Shown piece by piece: positions 39,251 to 48,271 of a stretch of DNA of 64,000 bases. Positions within the stretch are counted from its first letter, which is position 1, and each line of letters opens with the position of its first letter. The translations under genes were made by a program, and so were the position numbers. This DNA comes from Candidatus Undinarchaeota archaeon. Lineage in GTDB: Archaea; SpSt-1190; JASMDC01. The stretch covers positions 67,446 through 131,445 of the forward strand of contig CAZFHY010000012.1 of the NCBI GenBank assembly GCA_964519305.1. Direction: 5' to 3'. The notes beneath the pieces were generated by a model. It had not been told where the DNA came from. It was given only the letters and a program-made list of their open reading frames with translations, and did not search any database.

Positions 39251-40058
39251 CGGTGCCGTCCTGACGATCATCGCGCTCATCCTTCTATCGGGATGCCTGC
39301 AGGGCGACCCGCAGAGCGGTGAGGACGTGGAGCCAGTTGTTGTATCGAAAGCACCGGCAGAGACGCTCAAGGCAACAGGTGAGGACTGTCGCGAACATGC
39401 AGAGTGCGCCTCGAACGCATGCGACCACTACAAGGCCGACATGGGCAGGTGTGTAAAGTCACCGTGCACACCTGGTGACCGGACGGACAATAACAACCTG
39501 TTCTGCAGCGGGGCCAGCGCATGGGAGACTTCGAAGAAGAGCGGGGAAGCATGCGATTCCGACTTCCAGTGCTTCGAACCGACCTGCTTCATGGTGCCCA
39601 CCTGCCAGCTCACGGACATCCCGCGGACCCGGGCTTTGTGTCACGATGGACGGTGCGTGCTCGAGGTGAGCGGCGACGGCTGCGGGCCCGAGGGCGGGAA
39701 ACGCGTGCTGCGCAAGGACCAGTACTCGCTACTCGAGGACGGGACCTGCATGGAGAGCATGGCCCAGATGGAGCTGCCGACCGTATGCGCTCCCTGCGGG
39801 AACGGCGTGTGCGACGAGGAACTGGAGTCGCTGTGCAACTGCCCTGAGGACTGCACGGGGGCGGAAGAGGCTCCCGTCAGTTCGTATCTTGCATGCGGGT
39901 GCGGGTGTTGCGGTGAGGAACCACAGCAGGAATGCCTCTATCGTTCCAAGGGGGACGACCTTTCAAAGATCATCGAAGAGGACAAGAAAGCAGGCCTGGG
40001 CCCGGATTGCGCCGTGATGGGTTGCAGCCTCGGCATTAACTATACCTACTGCGATTGA
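39237..40058 (+). CDS. Cys-rich lipoprotein
   Basis: Lipobox LSGC; CGNGVCD..ES.CNCPEDC and CGCGCCG modules; overlaps the stop of the previous gene. Confidence 0.78.
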   Translation: MRPRDGAVLTIIALILLSGCLQGDPQSGEDVEPVVVSKAPAETLKATGEDCREHAECASNACDHYKADMGRCVKSPCTPGDRTDNNNLFCSGASAWETSKKSGEACDSDFQCFEPTCFMVPTCQLTDIPRTRALCHDGRCVLEVSGDGCGPEGGKRVLRKDQYSLLEDGTCMESMAQMELPTVCAPCGNGVCDEELESLCNCPEDCTGAEEAPVSSYLACGCGCCGEEPQQECLYRSKGDDLSKIIEEDKKAGLGPDCAVMGCSLGINYTYCD

Positions 40059-40314
40059 TCCTCTTGGACCCTGGTTGTGGACATCGGTTATTCATTGGAA
40101 AATTGACTAGACTACTTTCAGTAGAAATCCTCCACAAGAACAAAACAGGACGCGTCTTCCGCTATCCCGGTGGCCATATCCTATAATGATTGAGTAATCT
40201 GTTTGATGGTGGACATGCAATCTTACTGTTTACTTTATCATTATGGAGATCAACTAATACCGGCACGACAGCCAGTCGTCCCTTTTAATGCGTGAGACTC
40301 AGGGATAACTGTCG

Positions 40315-40491
40315 ATGGGAACCGTCGACGCTTGTCGCGAGGACAACCACGCATTGCGCATCATGGTGAACGGGGAGCTTATGGGCCTTGACGTGACAGG
40401 GCACTGTCCCATATGTCAGCGGGAAAGCGTACCGCTCTTCATCTCCCAGAGCAATACGCAGTGCGCACGCTGCTACGTGGGAAGCCCGTAA
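40315..40491 (+). CDS. Small zinc-finger protein (58 aa, CPIC...CARC), below the ORF-track cutoff
   Basis: Hand translation MGTVDACREDNHALRIMVNGELMGLDVTGHCPICQRESVPLFISQSNTQCARCYVGSP; TATA-like TTTTAAT at 40283-40289. Confidence 0.6.
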   Translation: MGTVDACREDNHALRIMVNGELMGLDVTGHCPICQRESVPLFISQSNTQCARCYVGSP

Positions 40492-40514
40492 CGGCCGGCC
40501 CGGTAGAGGACCGG

Positions 40515-41027
40515 TTACTTGCTCGCGAAGTTCTTGCCACCAGTGGTAAGCGTAAGGGTGTCCTTGATCTCCTTGAAGGTCTGGATCTTGTCGATGACGA
40601 TATCGGAGATCTCAGTGTTGTCCTTGGCGTACTCCTCGTTGATGGCGAGCACGACATCGTACGGCCCGGCAACGGATGCCGAGAAGTTGATGCGCTTACC
40701 CCGACCGTAGATGTTCTCGGCGACCGAGTCCACGTCCCCGCGCATGACGCGGGTGAGGATGATGGCCGACACGCGGGAAGGCGCGAAGCCCTTTGACAGG
40801 TGCACGGGAAGGGTGATTGTGACCGTCACACCTTCAGGATCGCGCACGGACTTGATGATATCGAACATGTGGCCCCAGTTTTCAGCCTTGAGGAAAAGCA
40901 CGAAGTCGTACGGACCGGTGGTCATCGCAATGGCCCTTACCCCTTCCTTATTCTGCAGGGTATCGAAGATCTCTCGGTGGCGACCAGGTTTCGCCTTGAC
41001 GAGCATCACGGCCTCTGTGAGGTTCAT
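40515..41027 (-). CDS. Tandem Lrp/AsnC ligand-binding (RAM) domain protein without HTH
   Basis: Two repeats with TTGPYDF / VAGPYDV and T.TL motifs. Confidence 0.82.
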   Translation of the reverse strand: MNLTEAVMLVKAKPGRHREIFDTLQNKEGVRAIAMTTGPYDFVLFLKAENWGHMFDIIKSVRDPEGVTVTITLPVHLSKGFAPSRVSAIILTRVMRGDVDSVAENIYGRGKRINFSASVAGPYDVVLAINEEYAKDNTEISDIVIDKIQTFKEIKDTLTLTTGGKNFASK

Positions 41028-41090
41028 GTCACTCGCCCATAAGTGCAAAACATAAAAAGACATCCACCATTGGAAGCGGCGGGGACGAAC

Positions 41091-42041
41091 ATGAGCAAGG
41101 TCGCTATCATAGCCATCGGAGGCAACTCCATCACAAAGGCCGGTCAGAAGGGTACTATCGAAGAGCAGTACGCCAACACTTCCGAGACCGCAGAGCATAT
41201 CGTCGATATGATCGAGCAGGGGTTCAACGTCGTCATCACGCATGGCAACGGGCCCCAGGTGGGCAACATCCTCCGTCGCTCCGAGCTTGCCTGTCAGCAG
41301 ATCCACCTTTACCCGCTCCCTCTGGACATCTGTGGTGCGGACTCCCAGGGCGGTATGGGCTATATGATCCAGCAGGTGCTGTCGAACGCGCTCCTCAAGC
41401 GCGGCATCGAGCGCGATGTCACGGCAATCGTTACCCAGACGCTCGTCGACCGGGCGGACCCCTCGTTCCAGAGCCCATCAAAGCCCATCGGAACGTTCAT
41501 GAACGAGGAGGATGCCGGGATCCGGCGGGACCGGGACGGCTGGGATGTCATCGAGGATGCTGGTCGTGGCTGGCGTCGCGTGGTCCCGTCCCCGATCCCC
41601 ATCGACATCATCGAGAAGAAGGCTATTAACACAGTTATCGATTCGGGATCTATCGTGATCGCTGTCGGCGGGGGCGGTATCCCCGTCGTCCGGAAGGAGT
41701 CGGGCGAGATCATGGGCGTGGAAGCGGTCATCGACAAGGACCGGGCCTCCAGCCTTCTTGGAACCCTCATCAGCGCTGACCTGTTCCTCATCTCCACCGA
41801 CGTGGCGAAGGTGTGCCTCAACTTCAAGAAGCCGGACCAGAAGGACCTGGACACCATCAACGTGTCAGAGGCCAAGCGTTACCTCGAGGAGGGACACTTC
41901 CTCGCGGGTAGTATGGGCCCAAAGGTCGGGGCGGCCATCCAGTTCATCGAGAACGGTGGTAAGGAGGTCATCATCACCTCTCCCCCGAACATCGGAGCTG
42001 CCCTTGCAGGTAAGAGCGGCACGCACATCGTGCCGGACTGA
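41091..42041 (+). CDS. arcC: Carbamate kinase
   Basis: AIGGNS, THGNGPQVG, GWRRVVPSP, EAVIDKD and GSMGPK motifs. Confidence 0.95.
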   Translation: MSKVAIIAIGGNSITKAGQKGTIEEQYANTSETAEHIVDMIEQGFNVVITHGNGPQVGNILRRSELACQQIHLYPLPLDICGADSQGGMGYMIQQVLSNALLKRGIERDVTAIVTQTLVDRADPSFQSPSKPIGTFMNEEDAGIRRDRDGWDVIEDAGRGWRRVVPSPIPIDIIEKKAINTVIDSGSIVIAVGGGGIPVVRKESGEIMGVEAVIDKDRASSLLGTLISADLFLISTDVAKVCLNFKKPDQKDLDTINVSEAKRYLEEGHFLAGSMGPKVGAAIQFIENGGKEVIITSPPNIGAALAGKSGTHIVPD

Positions 42042-42085
42042 TACCTCGGTCAGCTCGACCGGATACTGCTCCCGGGACCTTTAAC

Positions 42086-42988
42086 CTACTTCAGGTAGAG
42101 CTTGCCCAGTGGCGAGAGCACGACCGTGTCCGTCCTGCCGTCGACGGTCAGGAAGCCCAGGTCAGAGAGCGCCTTGAGGTGACGTCCCACCTTGAAATCC
42201 GGGATCCCGGTGGCCTTGGCGATAGTGTTCAGAGGATCGTTCACCGGTCCACCGTTCCCCTTCACGAACTCTAACACGGTCTCCTGTCCCTCGTCCGGTA
42301 GCGCATCGCGCTTGACCATGGGGAGCGCCTTGAACGCACTACCAGCGGGATAGACCGCTACTGCGGACCCGTTGAGGTAGGCCCCAAGTAGGAAGAAAGG
42401 GTCTGTGGCGAGGACCGATGCACCCGATGAGCTCGAGTACACCTTCTCAACGAGCGTGATGCGTGACGGTTCCTCCACCTTTACGGTGTTCCCGAAGCCC
42501 GAGATGGACGAGGGTGCGACGATGGCGCCCTTCTCCAGTTCAGCGCTCCCGAGGCAGGCCACCCGGTCACTGAAACCACCGTCAGCGTCCGGAGCGGTCA
42601 CTGGCGCATTTACGAGTCGGCCGTCTTCCGCGAACACTATCCTGATCTTCGGGTGTACGTAAGCTGCGTACAGCACGGCCGCCGCGGTCTTGCCTGACGT
42701 GAGGACGGCATGGAAGTTGTTCTTCTTGTGTGAGGCCTTCTTATCGATCGCCTTGAACACCTTCGCGGCATCAGAAAGGAGGTCACCTTCGTCCACGGCC
42801 TTGGCCGTTGCCTTGATTCGGTACTCCTTCTGGATGCGTTCCAAGAACTCCCTGGCCGCCGGTTTCTCCTTCTTGCGGTGGATGATAACTGCGAGGTCCG
42901 CACCGTGCTGGAAGCAGTCGGTGACCTCGTCCTCGTTCTCAGTGTAGGGGATGAGCATGCCTACCTTTCGCGCGCCTAGCTTGGGCAT
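42086..42988 (-). CDS. Putative CARF-like (Csa3/DUF6293-type) domain plus C-terminal winged-HTH regulator
   Basis: Rossmann-like N-terminus with LTSGK..A.LYAAY; C-terminal IAKATGI....VGRHLKALSDLGFL wHTH. Confidence 0.55.
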   Translation of the reverse strand: MPKLGARKVGMLIPYTENEDEVTDCFQHGADLAVIIHRKKEKPAAREFLERIQKEYRIKATAKAVDEGDLLSDAAKVFKAIDKKASHKKNNFHAVLTSGKTAAAVLYAAYVHPKIRIVFAEDGRLVNAPVTAPDADGGFSDRVACLGSAELEKGAIVAPSSISGFGNTVKVEEPSRITLVEKVYSSSSGASVLATDPFFLLGAYLNGSAVAVYPAGSAFKALPMVKRDALPDEGQETVLEFVKGNGGPVNDPLNTIAKATGIPDFKVGRHLKALSDLGFLTVDGRTDTVVLSPLGKLYLK

Positions 42989-43045
42989 GTCGGAATAGAG
43001 GCCCTGTCAAGCTTTTATAGCTATACTTCGGCGGCCTGGCCGGGA

Positions 43046-43450
43046 TCACTCCCTGCTGAAGAGGGTATGCTTGAGGGATAACGCGAGCACAAGGCCCATG
43101 GCCAATCCCGCCGCTGCCATAGGTGTGAAGACGGCCCTGACATCGCCCTTGACCTCACGCGCCAGCAGGAACCCACAGGAGATCGCCTTACCCTCCACCT
43201 TCTGGGCAAGGATGGCACCTGCTCCGGCTTCGTTCATCGACACACGCTTTGCCTTTATTAGGCCACAGCCGCCCTGGGTGATGCGGACGTCCTCGCCCTG
43301 GACGATCTGGGCACCGCTCCGCTCCATATGGACCTCGTTCGCAGTGATGTTCTCCACTTGCGCGTCCTGTATCTCGACGGTCTCCTCGCCCAGCTGGGCG
43401 GACTCGTCCTGAGTATCATCGTTGTCTACGATGGGGATCTTGAACTCCAT
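43046..43450 (-). CDS. Hypothetical protein with short beta-helix-like repeats and a C-terminal TM
   Basis: About 15-aa V.M..SGA..(I/V).A periodicity; terminal hydrophobic helix. Confidence 0.7.
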   Translation of the reverse strand: MEFKIPIVDNDDTQDESAQLGEETVEIQDAQVENITANEVHMERSGAQIVQGEDVRITQGGCGLIKAKRVSMNEAGAGAILAQKVEGKAISCGFLLAREVKGDVRAVFTPMAAAGLAMGLVLALSLKHTLFSRE

Positions 43451-43492
43451 GGATATGCACGATAGGATAAACCTTAAATCTCCGGCGCGGGC

Positions 43493-43548
43493 GTGGGGGG
43501 AATAATCCTGCCTTCTGATTGTCGATGAAGAATCCCGCGTACTGAGCG
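43493..43548 (+). ncRNA. Possible C/D-box-like small RNA
   Basis: CTGA (43515), ATGAAGA (43525), 10 nt, CTGA (43542); upstream AAACCTTAAAT and downstream T-run. Box C is not recognisable. Confidence 0.25.
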
Positions 43549-43825
43549 TTTTGTTGTATTATACATTAATAAATTCGTCAATTCGGCCTTCTATCTACGT
43601 ACGTCGGCATTTAAGGGCAAATAACTATGCTATCTCGTTATTGCTCGTCCACAACGAAGTTATACATCCATCAGGTGCTCTTAAGCCAGCGTTTCACCCG
43701 GGGAACGACTTGGAATGTTCAGCGTGCCGTGGAACAGTCCGGGAATGGCCGATGGGGGCGCAATCCGAACGTGTGGAACGGTTCCGGGGTAATTATAAAG
43801 GTCGTTCCAGACAAATCAATTAGTT

Positions 43826-44386
43826 ATGTGGGACCGTGACCAGTGGGATAAGCTCGAAACGGCTGCCATCTCAGGGATGGAGGCCATCCACGAGCTCTCG
43901 CCGAAGGAGAAGCTCCTGCAGAAGTACAAGACCCTCCTGAAATCGGGACGGGCCGGCTGTATCGGTTACGGATACCGCAAGATCCTCCACGACATAGGAC
44001 GCCTCGCATCGTTCTACCAGCGTCAGGGCTTCGTTATCGAGGAGGTCGTCGAGGACGAGGACGCCCACGTATTGAGCATGAGCCGGCCACTGTGCGCCAT
44101 CAGGCAGTCGTTCGTACAGCGCTACTCCCTCTGCCCGCGCCTCCACGTGGACTTCCTGCCGTTATCGGCGGACAAGGCCGATGTCTGGGCCATCCCCCAT
44201 ATCGATCCCCATGATCCGTCCGAGGAGCCCAAGCTCCACGAAGTGGACCGCTCCCAGCGCGTGTACGCCCCGCCTTCCCCTGGTGTCAAGGCGATCCTGA
44301 AGCTCGTGCTCGCCGGGAGGGAACCCAAGAACGTCGTCTCGCCGCTTTTCATCCAGTGCATGATGCCGCTCGGCATCACGGTATAA
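43826..44386 (+). CDS. Hypothetical protein
   Basis: ORF with TATA (TTATAAA) about 26 nt upstream and typical codon usage. Confidence 0.68.
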   Translation: MWDRDQWDKLETAAISGMEAIHELSPKEKLLQKYKTLLKSGRAGCIGYGYRKILHDIGRLASFYQRQGFVIEEVVEDEDAHVLSMSRPLCAIRQSFVQRYSLCPRLHVDFLPLSADKADVWAIPHIDPHDPSEEPKLHEVDRSQRVYAPPSPGVKAILKLVLAGREPKNVVSPLFIQCMMPLGITV

Positions 44387-44453
44387 GGGCCCGCGCGCTC
44401 CAAAGGTTGCATTTTTAAGCCTACCGTCCGTCCCGCTTGTCAACGATAGGTGA

Positions 44454-45452
<999 letters not shown>

Positions 45453-45464
45453 GCACGTTGTGAA

Positions 45465-45488
45465 CGGGGGGTCCGAAAGGGCCCCCCG
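45465..45488 (+). terminator. GC hairpin with GAAA tetraloop after gap
   Basis: CGGGGGGTCC-GAAA-GGGCCCCCCG, with one G-U pair. Confidence 0.55.
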
Positions 45489-45545
45489 ACCCTGCCTGTT
45501 TAGGCTATGCGTTCCATTTTTATTGTTGAGCGGTATCGCAGGACC

Positions 45546-46214
45546 ATGGAAATCCAGTTCGATCACAAGCCTGCATACTCCCTTGCCAGGATATCTCTTG
45601 GCGCCGGTGAGGCAATCCGCGCGGAGTCAGGTGCCATGGTCTACATGACACCCAATATGCAGATGGAGACGAGCATGCAGTCAGGAGGCGTCATGGGCGC
45701 CCTGAAGAAGTCCGTGCTCGGCGGCGAGAGCCTTTTCGTGAACACGTTCACGGCCGAGGGAGGTCAAGGCGAGATCGGCCTCGCTCCTAGTGCCCCAGGC
45801 GACGTTGAACTGGTGGACATGCAGGGCGAGACATGGTTCCTTGAGGGATCTGCCTATCTGGCAAGTTCGCCCACCATTAACATCGACACCAAGTTCCAGG
45901 GAATGAAAGGGTTCCTCTCACGCGAGGGTCTCTTCTTCATCAAGGCCAGCGGGAGCGGCCAGCTGATCATCAACTGCTTCGGTGGATTATCCAAGCACGA
46001 GGTCAACGGCGAACTAGTCGTCGACACAGGCAACCTCGTCGCCTACTCCGAGGGCCTCACCTACGAGGTCGAACGGATCGGAGGCATGAAGTCCACGTTC
46101 CTCTCAGGAGAGGGCCTGATCTCCCGGATCCGCGGACAGGGCACCGTCCTAGTCCAGAGCAGGAGCCCCGGTGCGTTCGCTTCCTGGATCAGGAAATACA
46201 TCCCGAGCAAGTAA
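45546..46214 (+). CDS. AIM24 / TIGR00266 family protein
   Basis: AESGAMV, GGESLFVN, VVDTGNLVA and SGEGL motifs. Confidence 0.9.
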   Translation: MEIQFDHKPAYSLARISLGAGEAIRAESGAMVYMTPNMQMETSMQSGGVMGALKKSVLGGESLFVNTFTAEGGQGEIGLAPSAPGDVELVDMQGETWFLEGSAYLASSPTINIDTKFQGMKGFLSREGLFFIKASGSGQLIINCFGGLSKHEVNGELVVDTGNLVAYSEGLTYEVERIGGMKSTFLSGEGLISRIRGQGTVLVQSRSPGAFASWIRKYIPSK

Positions 46215-46254
46215 GTAGCGTACTGTACGGGTGAATTAGCGGATGAGGAGCGTC

Positions 46255-46605
46255 ATGGACAGGAGATATCTCGCGGCAGTACTGGTCGTTGCAGCCCTCC
46301 TGGCCGGATGCTCCTCCCCGCCCGTCCCGCCCGAGGAGTGCACGGGGACCGGGGCCGAGCAGGCAGCGTGCGTCGGTAAGTACGTTGCCTATACCGGCGA
46401 CCTCGCCCCCTGCTGGAAGCTGGATGCCCCACACGATTTCACGTGCGCGCGTCAGGGCTATACAACGCGTAACGATCCCAACCTCTGCACGTCCATCCCC
46501 GCGGACAGGACGACCTGCCGCCAGGACTGTATAGTGTACTTCGGTGCCATCATGGAGGGTGGTGCGGGGGACGCAGCGGCGACCCCTGTCAAAGTGGTCC
46601 CGTGA
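46255..46605 (+). CDS. Small Cys-rich lipoprotein
   Basis: Lipobox LAGC; regularly spaced cysteines. Confidence 0.7.
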   Translation: MDRRYLAAVLVVAALLAGCSSPPVPPEECTGTGAEQAACVGKYVAYTGDLAPCWKLDAPHDFTCARQGYTTRNDPNLCTSIPADRTTCRQDCIVYFGAIMEGGAGDAAATPVKVVP

Positions 46606-46654
46606 CGCGACTATCACGCAAAACGATTTAATCCATACAGGCAACTGGTCAGCC

Positions 46655-48271
46655 ATGGCCTTGATGAGGACGGCGTTCTCCGCACTGACTACCGAGCGTT
46701 CCGAGTTGGAGGAGCGTATGCCCCTGGTCGCGAGCATCAGCTTCGAGGAGCTGCCAAAGGCGCGCACAGTCCTGACGTGCCAGCCGGTGCGGTGCTCTGG
46801 CTGCGGCGCTGTGCTCACCGATGCCCGTCACGTCAAGGAGAACAAACAGCTCGGTGTGTTCTGGACGTGCGAGTACTGCTCGACCGTGAACGTCATAACC
46901 AAGGACGACATCCCACCCAAGGGCGGCGGCGATATCGACTTCGTCCTCGACGAGCCACCCGCTGTGAATGAGGGCCTTGTGTCCAGTTCTGGCACCGGGA
47001 GCACCGACACCTTGGCTGTAATCGACACGTCCGGGAGCATGTCGTTCAACAAGCTGGACGCCGTGAAGCAGTCGTTGAACGAGACGCTGGCCGACCTGCG
47101 CGTCAACGCGCCCGCGAGCGCCTTCGCGCTCATCACCTTCGGCTCCACGGTGGCCCTGCACACCATTCCCGGAGAAGAGCCGGTCGTGCTGTCGGGCGAT
47201 GTCCTCAGGAACAGTGGGAAGCTGATCGAACAGCTCGTCGAAAGGATCGACCCGAAGACCCTCCAGCCAGTGGGGGAGATGGGGGACCGCTGGACCGATC
47301 TCGTCACCTCTCTGCGGGCACGGGGGATGACCGCACTCGGCCCCGCGGTCAACGCCGCGCTGTGGCTCCTCAATATACGTGGCGGCGGCAGGCTCGTGCT
47401 CCTCACCGATGGTATGGCCAACGTAGGCCTGGGCACGCTCACGGGACCGTCATCTTCAGGGCGTGACTTCTACAAGCGTGCCGCCTGGACGGCCGCGGAA
47501 ACAGGGATCGTCGTCGATGTTGTCGGGATGCGTGACAAGAGCGAGAGCAACGAGATGGCGCTGGACGTCATCGGAGAACTGGCGTCATCGTCCGGCGGCG
47601 GTATCTACTACGTCTCAGCTGCCGAGGTGGAGGGGAGCTTCCGCCAGATAAGGGGCCAGGACTTCCTGGGTCATGACGTGGCCCTGCGCCTCGTGACCCC
47701 TCGCGCTCTCGAGGTCGAACGCATCACCGGCTCGGGCGCGAAAGCAGAGGCTGCAGAGACTCGCCTGGGAGCGGTCACTGCCGACCGTGAGGTGTTCGTC
47801 AGGCTCAGGCGATCGGGCAAGCTCGAGCAGAAGAAGGTACCACTCCAGGCCCAGATCGAGTACCGTGACGCACAGGGCAGACGCCACTTGCGCGTGTCAT
47901 CCCTCAACGTCGACACGATCAAGGACGCTAAGAAATACGCCAAGGGTTACGACACCGACATCCCCACGGTAATGGCCATGCAGGAGGCGGGTGAGGATTA
48001 CTTCCGCAACCGGACCGCGTCATCTCTCGATCGGTTGCGGGCCATGAAGAAGGACCTCGTCACCGTCGCCACGAGCGCCCCCATCGGTAAATCCCAGGAC
48101 AAAGCTACCAAGAACCTCGAGTTCGTGAAGCGTGAGATCGAGCGGTTGAGCAAGGCGGAAACGGAAGCACGTCCCAAGGCCGCCATGGCGAGCGAGAGGG
48201 CCGTCAAGGGTCTCCAAATGCAGCGTATGTCCGTGTCAAAGAGACATGCTGAGGACGATGGCGGCAGCTGA
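46655..48271 (+). CDS. Sec23/Sec24-like protein: Zn finger, vWA trunk and beta-sandwich
   Basis: PVRCSGCGAVL...WTCEYCSTVN; VIDTSGSM; TALGPAV; LLTDGMANVGLG; LQAQIEYRDAQGRRHLRV. Confidence 0.8.
   Translation: MALMRTAFSALTTERSELEERMPLVASISFEELPKARTVLTCQPVRCSGCGAVLTDARHVKENKQLGVFWTCEYCSTVNVITKDDIPPKGGGDIDFVLDEPPAVNEGLVSSSGTGSTDTLAVIDTSGSMSFNKLDAVKQSLNETLADLRVNAPASAFALITFGSTVALHTIPGEEPVVLSGDVLRNSGKLIEQLVERIDPKTLQPVGEMGDRWTDLVTSLRARGMTALGPAVNAALWLLNIRGGGRLVLLTDGMANVGLGTLTGPSSSGRDFYKRAAWTAAETGIVVDVVGMRDKSESNEMALDVIGELASSSGGGIYYVSAAEVEGSFRQIRGQDFLGHDVALRLVTPRALEVERITGSGAKAEAAETRLGAVTADREVFVRLRRSGKLEQKKVPLQAQIEYRDAQGRRHLRVSSLNVDTIKDAKKYAKGYDTDIPTVMAMQEAGEDYFRNRTASSLDRLRAMKKDLVTVATSAPIGKSQDKATKNLEFVKREIERLSKAETEARPKAAMASERAVKGLQMQRMSVSKRHAEDDGGS

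Noticed and set aside
43551-43823. 90-aa TTG-start ORF in an AT-richer intergenic region
   Set aside because: Atypical codon usage, no recognisable motif, and overlap with promoter elements.
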